From: Candidatus Micrarchaeota archaeon
GTDB lineage: Archaea > Micrarchaeota > Micrarchaeia > Anstonellales > JAGGTN01
Assembly: GCA_021163645.1 (NCBI GenBank)
Contig: JAGGTN010000029.1
Span: 1 to 44,135 of the forward strand
DNA: 44,135 bases
Reading direction: 5' to 3'
In this document: positions 9,556 through 18,890 of the stretch, in pieces
How the letters are laid out: each line of letters starts with the position of its first letter
Position numbering within the stretch: the stretch's first letter is position 1
Program-made: the position numbers and the translations under genes
Notes under the pieces: generated by a model
Database searches by the model: none
The model's input: only the letters and a program-made list of their open reading frames with translations
What the model was told of the DNA's origin: nothing

Positions 9556-9861
9556 TCATGGCTTATCAAAATCAGGAATATTTTGAATCCTAACTGGGAT
9601 ATGAATATAATAAATCCCCTTTTCATCTTTTATGATTAGATTCTCTTTTTTGGTTAAGGCATCTAGGTTGATTAAAAATACACCTTTCCGCACTATCTTA
9701 ATATTTTCTATTGTCTTTGTTTTTTTATGATTTATTTTTCTATTTCCATTCTCACTTCTCTTTTTTAGCTTCTTATCATATCTTACAAAAACAGTTGACC
9801 CGCATTTACATCTGTCTTCACCAGGTTTTTTTGGAGTACCGCATTTGATACAAACATACAT
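9556..9861 (-). CDS. Zn-ribbon protein, OapC/DUF2072-like
   Basis: CxxC...CxCG N-terminus and IENIKIVRKGVFLINLDAL...GIYYI C-terminal motif; lies directly after the Era-like GTPase. Confidence 0.7.
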   Translation of the reverse strand: MYVCIKCGTPKKPGEDRCKCGSTVFVRYDKKLKKRSENGNRKINHKKTKTIENIKIVRKGVFLINLDALTKKENLIIKDEKGIYYIHIPVRIQNIPDFDKP

Positions 9862-9879
9862 ATACTCACCTTTTATTTC

Positions 9880-10518
9880 TTACTTTCTTCTTTTACTGAA
9901 TCTACTGATAGCATTATAGAGCAATTCCATGTTTTCCCCTGTTAAAGCTGATATCTCAACAACCGGATAATCTGCGAATATCTCTTTGATTCTCTTTGAA
10001 TTTGAATCTTCCCTATCTATCTTATTTGCTACTATGATAACTGGTATATTCCGTGCTTCTATGTTTCCTAATAGTATAAAATTAGTCTGTGAATAAGGGT
10101 CTGATGTGGAATCGATTACCAATAATGCAGCATCAACCTTATCTAGAAATTTTATTGCTTCGATTATTCCTTTTGTTGCTTCCTTGGCTCTAACCTGCGC
10201 TTGCTCATATGACATACCATAATCAAGAAAATCTCTGTAATCTACCTTAACAGACATTCCTGGCATATCTAATAAGTTCATTATGAGCTTAAAGTTGTTT
10301 ATATTGATCTGAACTTTTTCTTTCTTTAATACTGTCCTGGTTTCATGCGGAATGATGGATACAGAACCCACAGGTTCACCGGTAAAGTCAATACTTATCC
10401 TATTCGCCAACGAGGTTTTTCCTACATTTGGCTCGCCGTAAAATCCTATTGTAATTTCTTTTTCTTTCTTGAATATTGAGATTAGCCAGTTAATATATCT
10501 CTTTATACTTAGAATCAT
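9880..10518 (-). CDS. Archaeal Era-like small GTPase (OapA-like)
   Basis: G1 GEPNVGKT, G2 PHETR, G3 DMPG, G4 NKID, G5 SAL; family-typical RAKEATKGIIEAIKFL. Confidence 0.88.
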   Translation of the reverse strand: MILSIKRYINWLISIFKKEKEITIGFYGEPNVGKTSLANRISIDFTGEPVGSVSIIPHETRTVLKKEKVQININNFKLIMNLLDMPGMSVKVDYRDFLDYGMSYEQAQVRAKEATKGIIEAIKFLDKVDAALLVIDSTSDPYSQTNFILLGNIEARNIPVIIVANKIDREDSNSKRIKEIFADYPVVEISALTGENMELLYNAISRFSKRRK

Positions 10519-10608
10519 TTATCTATCACCAACATAAAATGAAATAATCAAATGAAGATATTATTGGGATAGTAATAATTTTAAACCCTTATTAAGAAAG
10601 ATAAGAAC

Positions 10609-11115
10609 ATGCAAATAATATATGCACCACCAAAAAAGATTATTTATATCTCAGAAATCAGACCTATACTTGAAGAAAAATTAGGGATAAAGCTAATCTT
10701 ACATGAGGATTACATAGAAATTAAAAGCCAAGATGCGAGTAATGAATATCTTTGTGTGGATGTTATTAAGGCAATTACTTATGGTTATGACTATAAAAAG
10801 GCGGTTAAACTAATAAGTCCTGAATATGATATGAAAGTTATAAACTTAAAGGATTTCATTAGCAATGAAAAGACGTTACATCGTCAGATTGGCAGATTGA
10901 TAGGGCTTAAAGGAGCTGTAAAAAGAAATATTGAAAGAGATGCTGATGTGAGCATAATAATAAAAGATTATAAGATAATAATATTAGGTCTCAGACCAGA
11001 TGTAGATGTTGCTGTTCAGGGTTTGTTGAAACTCATCTCTGGTGCGAAGCATTCTACAGTTTATAGATATATCATAGAACGCAAGCGTTCTGAATATTCT
11101 AGGGATTATGGTTAG
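10609..11115 (+). CDS. KH-domain pre-rRNA processing protein (Dim2/Pno1-like)
   Basis: GRLIGLKG KH motif, LISGAKHSTVYRYI C-terminus; conserved position upstream of top6B. Confidence 0.85.
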   Translation: MQIIYAPPKKIIYISEIRPILEEKLGIKLILHEDYIEIKSQDASNEYLCVDVIKAITYGYDYKKAVKLISPEYDMKVINLKDFISNEKTLHRQIGRLIGLKGAVKRNIERDADVSIIIKDYKIIILGLRPDVDVAVQGLLKLISGAKHSTVYRYIIERKRSEYSRDYG

Positions 11116-11194
11116 GATTTTTATTGTTTTTTTATTTGAAGATCAATTTACAGATGTTTGTAAATTCAATATTCTATTGTTGATAGGTGAGTGA

Positions 11195-12787
11195 ATGGCT
11201 AAAGATGTATTTACACAATTCAAAGAGCATTCAGTTGCAGAATTCTTTAAGAAGAATAAACAGATGCTAGGTTTTTCAGGTAAAATTAGATCACTTACTA
11301 CCATTGTTCATGAACTTGTTACCAATTCTTTAGATGCTGCAGAGGAAGGAAGGATATTGCCAGATATTGTTGTTGAAGTTAGTGAGATAAATAAAGATGA
11401 AGGGAGGTACTTAGTACATATTGAAGATAATGGAACAGGTATCCCTGAAAAGCTTATTGGTAAGGCATTGGGTATGATGCTGGCTGGTACAAAATTTCAT
11501 AGATATGTCCAACAGAGAGGTCAACAAGGAATCGGTGCTGCTGGGGTTACGATGTATTCACAATTGACAACTGGTAAATCGGTTAAAGTTATATCTGGAT
11601 ACAAAGGGAAAAAGGTTACATGTGAAGTTCTTATTGATATCAGAACAAATAAACCAAAAGTTAATATTCTTAATAGAGAACCTAGCGAATGGCATGGGTT
11701 AATATACGAAGCTGAAGTTAAAGATGTGAAATATGATAAGAGTTCTTACGGCGTGTATGAATATCTTAAGAGGACTGCGCTTGCAAATCCACATGCATCA
11801 ATAACATTCTTGGATCCTCTTGGTGAAAGGCACATTTTTCCCAGATCTGTTGATGTGATCCCTCCCAAACCCAAACCAGTAAAACCGCATCCGTTAGGGA
11901 TTTCTACAAGTGATTTAATTGATTTTGCACATTATTCAAAAGAACCCACATTGAGTTCATTCTTTAGGAATACCTTTTCTAGGATATCTCAGTTAAAACT
12001 TGATGAGCTTAGAAATTATTTACCAGATATTAATTTTCGTATGAAACCGAGAATGCTTTCATGGGAACAGGCTGATAGGATAGTTAGTGTTTTTAAGAAA
12101 ATAAAATGGATATCTCCATCTTCTGATGGTATATATCCTATTGGCGAAAAACAGATTAAGAAGTCAATTTATAATATACTGAATCCAGAATTCTGCGAGG
12201 TTGTTGAGCGTAAACCGAAAATATACCGCGGTGGTATTCCATTCATCGTTGAAGTTGGGCTTGCGTATGGTGGAGATGCAGGTAGAAAGATTGGTTCTTC
12301 AAGGAATGGTGATGTGATAAGGTTCGCTAATCGCGCGCCATTGTTGTTTGATGCTGGCGGTTGTGGGATCACCGATGCTGTTAAAAGCATAGATTGGAAA
12401 CGTTACGGCATAAAAAATTTTGATGACGCACCGATAACTTTGATTATAAATGTCTCGTCTGTACATATTCCTTACACTGGTGCAGGTAAACAAGCCTTGT
12501 CTAGTGAACAGGATCTTGTTGATGAAATTCGTAATGCTATAATGGACGTTGCTAGAAAAATGCAGATTCATATTCGTGGTAAGGTGAGAGAGCGAGAGCG
12601 TGCTACGAAAATAAAATCAATATTAAAATATGTTGAACAGCTTTCGATGGATTTAGCGGAGCTTGCAGATTATTCTGAGAGGGATAAAATAAACAAAAAA
12701 TTAATTAAACTTGTTGAGATAAAATATAGTAAGACCAAGAAACATAATGATAATGAAAGTGAATCAGATAACAGATCTGTGGACTGA
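11195..12787 (+). CDS. top6B: DNA topoisomerase VI subunit B
   Basis: GHKL motifs ELVTNSLDA, EDNGTGI, RGQQGIG; RFANRAPLL. Confidence 0.97.
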   Translation: MAKDVFTQFKEHSVAEFFKKNKQMLGFSGKIRSLTTIVHELVTNSLDAAEEGRILPDIVVEVSEINKDEGRYLVHIEDNGTGIPEKLIGKALGMMLAGTKFHRYVQQRGQQGIGAAGVTMYSQLTTGKSVKVISGYKGKKVTCEVLIDIRTNKPKVNILNREPSEWHGLIYEAEVKDVKYDKSSYGVYEYLKRTALANPHASITFLDPLGERHIFPRSVDVIPPKPKPVKPHPLGISTSDLIDFAHYSKEPTLSSFFRNTFSRISQLKLDELRNYLPDINFRMKPRMLSWEQADRIVSVFKKIKWISPSSDGIYPIGEKQIKKSIYNILNPEFCEVVERKPKIYRGGIPFIVEVGLAYGGDAGRKIGSSRNGDVIRFANRAPLLFDAGGCGITDAVKSIDWKRYGIKNFDDAPITLIINVSSVHIPYTGAGKQALSSEQDLVDEIRNAIMDVARKMQIHIRGKVRERERATKIKSILKYVEQLSMDLAELADYSERDKINKKLIKLVEIKYSKTKKHNDNESESDNRSVD

Positions 12788-12945
12788 TGGGCTTGGATGG
12801 GTTGAGTTGTTTTTTGGTTTTGATTGAGTTGATTTGTTCTTTTGGTTGGGGTTGGATGGGTTTTTGTTTTTTGTTTGGCTTGGATTGCTTTCTGGGGTTG
12901 GATTGTGTGATTGGTTGAGTTGGTTGGGTTTGGGTTAGATTTCAT
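12788..12945 (+). repeat. Strand-biased G/T-rich degenerate pentamer tract
   Basis: Runs of TTGGG/TTGGA/TTGAG/TTTTG with few C or A, between top6B and top6A. Confidence 0.8.
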
Positions 12946-12998
12946 TGTGATGGAATATGATTTGATTTAATGATTTGTATAATTCGGAGGTTGATGAT

Positions 12999-14090
12999 AT
13001 GTCTGATGTTGTAAAAAAATTAACTAATTTAGGGAAAAGTATGGTCAAAGAGATAAATAATAACTCTTCACCAACGTTCACAACTAAATTGAGGAGTAGA
13101 AGTAATATTAATTATGATGAATCCATAGGTGTCCTTAGGTTAGGCGATAAGAGGGAGGAAAGGACTTTTATAAATGTATCACAGGCAAGGCGGTTTATGC
13201 AGACCATTGCGGTGGCGAATAAGTGTAAGAAATTCCTTAATGAGAATTCGCATACAAGTATTAGAGGGCTTTATTATCAGTTAAAGTTTTCTTTAGGTGC
13301 TAATCTGGATGAGGAGTTATTCTCTGAGCAGGGGGAAAGTAATCCTTTAATTGAAGATTTAGAACTGGCGTTAGATGTTAAAAGGGAAGACCTCAATCTT
13401 AGTACTGCGCGTAAGGGAGTAGTGGCAGGACCAATGGTGTTGAAGGATAAGTTTGCAGGAGAGAAAGTTGAAATTGATTTGACCAAACAAGGAAGGTCTG
13501 GGTGGATGATACCTTCTGATGTAGATAATGGTATGGAGATCGATTCTATCAATGCTGAATGGGTATTGGTAGTTGAGAAAGATGCTATTTGGCAAAGGCT
13601 TAATGAAGATAAATTCTGGAAAAAAGAAGATTGTATCCTTATCTCACCGCAAGGTCAAGCGTCGCGTGGAGCGCGACGCTTGCTTCGCAAACTCGCAGAT
13701 AAAGGATTACCTATTATTGTATTTACGGATTGTGATGCATGGGGATGGTATATATATTGGACTATTAAAACAGGTTCTATGAACTTAGCCTATTTAGGAT
13801 TGGATATCGCTGTGCCAGAATCAAAATTCATCGGTGTGACAATGCAGGATATAAAGGATTATGATTTTCTTGATAAACTCACGATAACTGCAAAACCCAT
13901 TGATATCAAAAAAGCTCAAGATATGTTATCTTATCCTTGGATAAATATGCATAAGGAATGGGTTAAAGAACTCAAGACAGTAATAAAAACAAAGAAGAAG
14001 ATTGAACAGGATGCTTTGCAAGGGCCTAGATTATCATTCATAAGTGATTATCTTAGAGATAAAAAGGAAAATGAACGTTTCTTACCATAG
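12999..14090 (+). CDS. top6A: DNA topoisomerase VI subunit A (Spo11 family)
   Basis: SIRGLYY catalytic Tyr, VVEKDA, DCD TOPRIM motif; ATG 12999 after GGAGG. Confidence 0.96.
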   Translation: MSDVVKKLTNLGKSMVKEINNNSSPTFTTKLRSRSNINYDESIGVLRLGDKREERTFINVSQARRFMQTIAVANKCKKFLNENSHTSIRGLYYQLKFSLGANLDEELFSEQGESNPLIEDLELALDVKREDLNLSTARKGVVAGPMVLKDKFAGEKVEIDLTKQGRSGWMIPSDVDNGMEIDSINAEWVLVVEKDAIWQRLNEDKFWKKEDCILISPQGQASRGARRLLRKLADKGLPIIVFTDCDAWGWYIYWTIKTGSMNLAYLGLDIAVPESKFIGVTMQDIKDYDFLDKLTITAKPIDIKKAQDMLSYPWINMHKEWVKELKTVIKTKKKIEQDALQGPRLSFISDYLRDKKENERFLP

Positions 14091-14097
14091 CTTATTT

Positions 14098-14156
14098 TAA
14101 TCAAATCAATCATCAACTAAAAACCAATAAAAAATCAGATGAACATAACAGTAAAA
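14098..14156 (+). repeat. Dispersed repeat family A, copy 3
   Basis: TAATCAAATCAATCATCAACTAAAAACCAATAAAAAATCAGATGAACATAACAGTAAAA, starting 8 bp after the top6A stop. Confidence 0.92.
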
Positions 14157-14205
14157 GTTCACATGTTTACAAATATCCAATACCTTTTTATTTATTAAAT
14201 GGCTA

Positions 14206-15585
14206 ATGATATCAGGAGATCATATGGAATCGCTTAAACTGATAAATGAAGTAAATTCCTACTTAGATGAGTTGTCTAATTATAAAAAGGTAATTAGTAA
14301 TATGGACGAAATAATCGATATGGTTAAGAAATATAAAGAAGAAATGAGTAGTTTTGTGAACCCTTTTGGAAATATTAAAATTAACTTAGATGGTCTATCC
14401 GCCAATGAACTTAGTGAAGTTAGAAAACAAATAAAGATGATAAAGTATATTGCTTATCTTAAGAAGATCACACTTTTAAGGGCAAAACTGTCATTCTCAT
14501 CACTTGCAGTTGGTCAAAGGCTTATAAATGTCATGAAAGTTCCTGAAGAATCAGATTACCTGTCTTTTATTCCATATAATGGGAACCTTTTGGGTTATAT
14601 AAGCAGGTATGGGGTAATATCATCCATTTTATATTCACGTATGAAAGTGCTTCTATCATTAACTCATTTACCAGAACAACATAAGATAAAAATAAGGTAT
14701 AAGGATGAAAAGAATGATGAAAAGCAGGAGATTCTCATATTAACTAATATAAATGGTTTAAATAAGAAAATAAAGGAGAAGTATGGAGAAGATAGCGAAA
14801 TTCTCTCAATTGATCCTCTCAAAAAGCCTATTATTCGTAGTGGTCATGTGCGATCGGTGGTTTCATGTTATTATTCGTTGAAAGCTTGCGAAGAAAGATT
14901 TGAATCCTTAAGAAGAAAACATATAACTAATAAAATCAAGATGTATAAAAAGATAGTTTCAGGGGATGGTTTTGATGAATGGACTAGTTTGAATATTATA
15001 AGGGAACATCCAAAATTAATGGATAAGCTTATAGCTGGAGGTTTTGTTGATAAACGAATCTCTCAGTCGATAGATGAGAAAGAGTATGCCAGTGAGAATA
15101 TTGAATATGTCTATAATCAAGAATTTGAACCAGAAATTTTAATATATCGTAGAAGAATAATTGACAGTTTATCTTCATATGCGAAGAAAGATTTTCTCAA
15201 TCATTTATATATCTATTATATGACTACATCCAAAACATATCGAGAGAAAAATAATCTCTTTCCTACACTTGCCACAGAACCAAACGAAACTCAGTTATCT
15301 GTATTTGATGGTATCAGTTGGACTAATAAGGATGTATTATCAGAAAAGTTTAGGATAGAAAAGTTGGTTAAAGAAGATCATAAATATATCGGCCCTGCTC
15401 TTTATAAAATAAGACTTAATGAGGATGTAGAAAAGGTTGCTGAACGATTTAATGTTGATCCAGAAGGCCTTAAAAGGAATATAAAGATAATTTCATCATT
15501 GATTACTGGGAGAGGTAAAGAATTTTTAGAAAAGGTTAATTTTAGAAAGGGTCGATTTGCAATGGATAATGAGTGCAAGTTTTAA
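14206..15585 (+). CDS. Conserved archaeal hypothetical protein (possibly DUF530-like)
   Basis: 459-aa open frame with normal composition; family guess is from general resemblance only. Start may be ATG 14224. Confidence 0.6.
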   Translation: MISGDHMESLKLINEVNSYLDELSNYKKVISNMDEIIDMVKKYKEEMSSFVNPFGNIKINLDGLSANELSEVRKQIKMIKYIAYLKKITLLRAKLSFSSLAVGQRLINVMKVPEESDYLSFIPYNGNLLGYISRYGVISSILYSRMKVLLSLTHLPEQHKIKIRYKDEKNDEKQEILILTNINGLNKKIKEKYGEDSEILSIDPLKKPIIRSGHVRSVVSCYYSLKACEERFESLRRKHITNKIKMYKKIVSGDGFDEWTSLNIIREHPKLMDKLIAGGFVDKRISQSIDEKEYASENIEYVYNQEFEPEILIYRRRIIDSLSSYAKKDFLNHLYIYYMTTSKTYREKNNLFPTLATEPNETQLSVFDGISWTNKDVLSEKFRIEKLVKEDHKYIGPALYKIRLNEDVEKVAERFNVDPEGLKRNIKIISSLITGRGKEFLEKVNFRKGRFAMDNECKF

Positions 15586-15614
15586 AATGTTTAAAGTAAA
15601 GGAAAAAACATGGT

Positions 15615-16016
15615 GTGTTTATGATAATATTAGCTGGTAAACGCGAAGATATTATCAAGATGATAGATCATCATCCTGAGATTACAGAAGTTTTTATTAA
15701 GGTTAAACCAAGTACTAAAATGTTAGCGTATCTATTAAATAATACGAACTTAAAAAAAATATATATTAGTAAAAATATATATCGAACAATTCCTTCCAAG
15801 GTAATTAGAGCGTTGGATGATATGAAAATTCGTGTTGAGATTGTTAAGCTCAAGCAGGGAAGACCTTTTGAGATAAATGATTTTATAATCAAAAGGGCTT
15901 TTAAACTTAAGGAGAGAGGTATGTCTGTAATTGACATCTCCCGAAAGCTTGGGATAAGCAGAAGGACATTGTATTATAGGTTTAATAAGATTGCTGGGCA
16001 TTCAAAAAATATATAA
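15615..16016 (+). CDS. DUF1699-like protein with C-terminal resolvase-type HTH
   Basis: ITEVFIKVKPS...YRTIPSKVIRAL N-domain, then GRP...GMSVIDISRKLGISRRTLY HTH. Confidence 0.75.
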   Translation: MFMIILAGKREDIIKMIDHHPEITEVFIKVKPSTKMLAYLLNNTNLKKIYISKNIYRTIPSKVIRALDDMKIRVEIVKLKQGRPFEINDFIIKRAFKLKERGMSVIDISRKLGISRRTLYYRFNKIAGHSKNI

Positions 16017-16043
16017 ATGTTCCTGAGTAAATATTGTTCTTGG

Positions 16044-16067
16044 TATTCTCAGCTTGTACTGAGAATA
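16044..16067. other. Perfect 9-bp inverted repeat
   Basis: TATTCTCAG-cttgta-CTGAGAATA, abutting the tandem repeat. Confidence 0.6.
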
Positions 16068-16193
16068 TTACCTTCATGCCCCGGTCAGACAACCTTTTTT
16101 GGTTGTAACCCGTGGCATTCGTTACCTTCATGCCCCGGTCAGACAACCTTTTTTGGTTGTAACCCGTGGCATTCGTTCCACTCATGCCCCGGT
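16068..16193 (+). repeat. 54-bp tandem repeat (2 exact units plus a partial third that runs into tRNA-Asn)
   Basis: Unit TTACCTTCATGCCCCGGTCAGACAACCTTTTTTGGTTGTAACCCGTGGCATTCG at 16068 and 16122; TCATGCCCCGGT recurs at 16074, 16128 and 16182. Confidence 0.95.
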
Positions 16194-16356
16194 AGCTTAG
16201 TGGTAGAGCGTTCGGCTGTTATGCACATTCTTTCATAAGGAAAGAACCTGCGCTAAGAAATAGAAGTTTTTTATGGAAATAGAAGTACTGGGAGAAAACT
16301 AGGGTCCTTTCAGTCCCGAAACCGAAAGGTCGGCGGTTCGAATCCGCCCCGGGGCG
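16186..16356 (+). tRNA. tRNA-Asn(GTT) with 99-nt intron at 37/38 (16222-16320)
   Basis: GCCCCGG-TA-GCTTAGTGGTAGAGC-G-TTCGG-CTGTTA^A-CCGAA-AGGTC-GGCGG-TTCGAAT-CCGCC-CCGGGGC-G; all stems pair. Confidence 0.93.
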
Positions 16357-16380
16357 TGAGATATTGCTTGTATTTTAACA

Positions 16381-17172
16381 GTGGTGATTTATGTGGCAGA
16401 ATTTATTTTATCAAAGAAGTGGAAAAAACAAGGATGGAATTTTGATAAGAAATTCATTGTGGCGGATGATGCATCTTTTTTTATTGTGCTAAATGAGTTC
16501 ATACCAGAAATTCAGGAAGGTATATATTCTTTATTTGATACTAAGGGAATTGAAAAGCTTCTGAAAGATTATAATTATCAAATATGTAAATTACCAAATA
16601 GTCGTAAAATGGCCGGGTATGTTAACATGCCTCGCCATTTCATAGAATTGATGAAACCGATGATTGTATATGCAATATTGAAAAAAGAAGGATTATTACC
16701 TTGGTTCAACCAACAATACCTGGCTAAAAAGTTAGGGATTGTTATACCAAAACATACATCGAGTGGTATTGATTATGAGAACATCAGTTTAATAAGCAAC
16801 TATGATAAATTTGTTAGTATTAAAAAATTGGCAATTGAAGATGACACAACTGTACATGATACTCTATCTATGTTTGTGAGTATCATGTATTCTTTATTGA
16901 ATATGCGTAGTGAACTGATAAGCAAGCTTGGTATGGATGAATCCATACCGGATGAGTGTAGAGAACTTAATCTATCCAAGAATTTCAAAGGTCTCTCCAA
17001 GCTGATAGATTATGCGAAGAAGAATAAATATTCTCCTATCATTCTTAATAAGCTTCTTAATAATATTGGTATGTCTCCATTTATAGATCCTAATAAGTTT
17101 AATTCGGTATATAAGGATCCAGAACTCAAATATCTGAAGATAAAAGTCAAAAGGAAGAAGAGGAAGAAATGA
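16381..17172 (+). CDS. Hypothetical protein with basic C-terminal tail
   Basis: 263-aa ORF with GGTGA near the start; no motif recognised. Confidence 0.7.
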   Translation: MVIYVAEFILSKKWKKQGWNFDKKFIVADDASFFIVLNEFIPEIQEGIYSLFDTKGIEKLLKDYNYQICKLPNSRKMAGYVNMPRHFIELMKPMIVYAILKKEGLLPWFNQQYLAKKLGIVIPKHTSSGIDYENISLISNYDKFVSIKKLAIEDDTTVHDTLSMFVSIMYSLLNMRSELISKLGMDESIPDECRELNLSKNFKGLSKLIDYAKKNKYSPIILNKLLNNIGMSPFIDPNKFNSVYKDPELKYLKIKVKRKKRKK

Positions 17173-17263
17173 TGTTTTGAATTATTGATTCTTAAGATTT
17201 ATGGTTTGAAAGAAGTAAATAATAGAATAACAAAATAATTAAGACAGATAAAAAGGTGTAGAG

Positions 17264-18835
17264 ATGAATGTCAAGGGTGCTTCAGATGGCAAGAGAGAGT
17301 TTTATATAACTACTCCAATTTATTACCCAAATGCCCTACCGCATGTTGGTACGGCCTATACGACGATAATTGCTGATTTTGTTGCAAGATTTAAACGTTC
17401 TCAGGGTTATGATGTTTTTTTCCTTACTGGTAATGATGAACACGGAATGAAAATTGCTAGGGTTGCTGAGAAAAATGGGATGACTCCACAAGAATTTGTT
17501 GATGGGTTGGCAGAGAAATTCAAAGATGTATGGAAGCAATTGGGAATAACCTATAATCGTTTTATAAGAACAACTGATAAAGATCATGAGAAGACAGTGA
17601 AGGAAATCATTATAAAATCAAACAAAAACGGGGACATATACAAAGGATATTACGAAGGATATTATTGTGTTGATTGTGAACAATATTATACTGAAAAAGA
17701 TTTAGTTGATGGTAAATGTCCAATTCATAACAAGCCATTGGAGATATTGAGTATGGAATCTTATTTCTTTAAATTAAGTGCATATCAAGACAGGTTATTA
17801 AAATTTTATAAAGATAATAAAGAATTTTTACCTTCCAAGTATAAGCAAGAGGTTATTAATAGGGTAAAGAAAGGATTGAGGGATATAAGTATATCCAGGC
17901 CTAAGAGGTATCTTACATGGGGGATTGAATTTCCACTTGATCAGAATCATGTGACTTATGTTTGGTTTGATGCTCTCACCAATTACTTAACAGGAATAGG
18001 TTATTCATGTAGCGAGAATGAAAAGAATAAAGAAATGTTTAACAGATATTGGCCCGCTGATATTCATTTCATTGGTAAAGATATTACCTGGTTTCATTGC
18101 GTGATTTGGCCTGCGATACTGATGTCAGTAGGTTTGCCATTACCAAAACGAGTAGGGATAAATGGTTTTCTTAGCGTTGATGGCCAGAAGATAAGCAAAT
18201 CTTTAGGCAATGCTATTGATCCTGTATCTATTTGTGATTATTATGAAACAATTGATGTTCTGAGATATTATCTACTTCGTGAGATCCCTTTTGGTAGTGA
18301 TGGAGATTTTTCACGTTCCTCATTAAAAGAAAGGTATAATAATGAGCTTGTAAACGAATACAGTAATCTTGTAAATAGGGTGTTTGTCATGTTCTCAAAA
18401 TATTGTTCTAAATCTCATAATGGCAATATTGATTATGATGACAGTTTATGGCAAGGTACTGATGAGATAATCAAATCTTACATCAAACATATTGATCGAC
18501 TTGAATTTAAACAAGCCATAGATACGATCTGGCAATTAATATCTAAAGCTAATTCTTACATAAATGAAAAAGAACCTTGGAAGCTTGCGAAAGGAGATGA
18601 TGGATCAGGAAATGGATTAGAAAAAGCAGCTAAGGTCATTTATTCATTAATAGAATATCTCGGGATAATAAATAGTCTATTTGCTCCAATCCTTCCATCA
18701 TCTTCTGAAAAACTTGCTAAACATCTTGGTTTAAAAGAGCCTATTCGTATATCAGAATTGAAACAGTTTGGTAAGAATATTGATATTGATAGGGTGAATC
18801 ATAAGGGTCTTATTTTATATAGAAGAAAAGAATAG
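17264..18835 (+). CDS. metG: Methionine--tRNA ligase, short bacterial MetRS1-like form
   Basis: FYITTPIYYPNALPHVG, TGNDEHG, CVDC...CPIH single knuckle, YVWFDAL, KISKS; no C-terminal tRNA-binding domain. Confidence 0.95.
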   Translation: MNVKGASDGKREFYITTPIYYPNALPHVGTAYTTIIADFVARFKRSQGYDVFFLTGNDEHGMKIARVAEKNGMTPQEFVDGLAEKFKDVWKQLGITYNRFIRTTDKDHEKTVKEIIIKSNKNGDIYKGYYEGYYCVDCEQYYTEKDLVDGKCPIHNKPLEILSMESYFFKLSAYQDRLLKFYKDNKEFLPSKYKQEVINRVKKGLRDISISRPKRYLTWGIEFPLDQNHVTYVWFDALTNYLTGIGYSCSENEKNKEMFNRYWPADIHFIGKDITWFHCVIWPAILMSVGLPLPKRVGINGFLSVDGQKISKSLGNAIDPVSICDYYETIDVLRYYLLREIPFGSDGDFSRSSLKERYNNELVNEYSNLVNRVFVMFSKYCSKSHNGNIDYDDSLWQGTDEIIKSYIKHIDRLEFKQAIDTIWQLISKANSYINEKEPWKLAKGDDGSGNGLEKAAKVIYSLIEYLGIINSLFAPILPSSSEKLAKHLGLKEPIRISELKQFGKNIDIDRVNHKGLILYRRKE

Positions 18836-18890
18836 ACAAAGAGAAGATGAGCAATAAGCTGAGATAGGGGTAGGATATTCATTTTATATC

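Noticed and set aside
12670..12945. 91-aa Q/T/P/N-rich ORF on -
   Set aside because: Translation of the low-complexity G/T tract plus antisense top6B.
16068..16193. CRISPR mini-array
   Set aside because: The units are identical end to end, so there are no unique spacers, and no cas genes are in the window.
15982..16238. 67-aa and 73-aa ORFs with internal peptide repeats
   Set aside because: By-products of the 54-bp repeat (a multiple of 3) and the tRNA-Asn 5' exon.
16222..16320. Group I intron or C/D-box guide RNA in tRNA-Asn
   Set aside because: 99 nt is too short for a group I core, and no RTGATGA/CTGA boxes are present.
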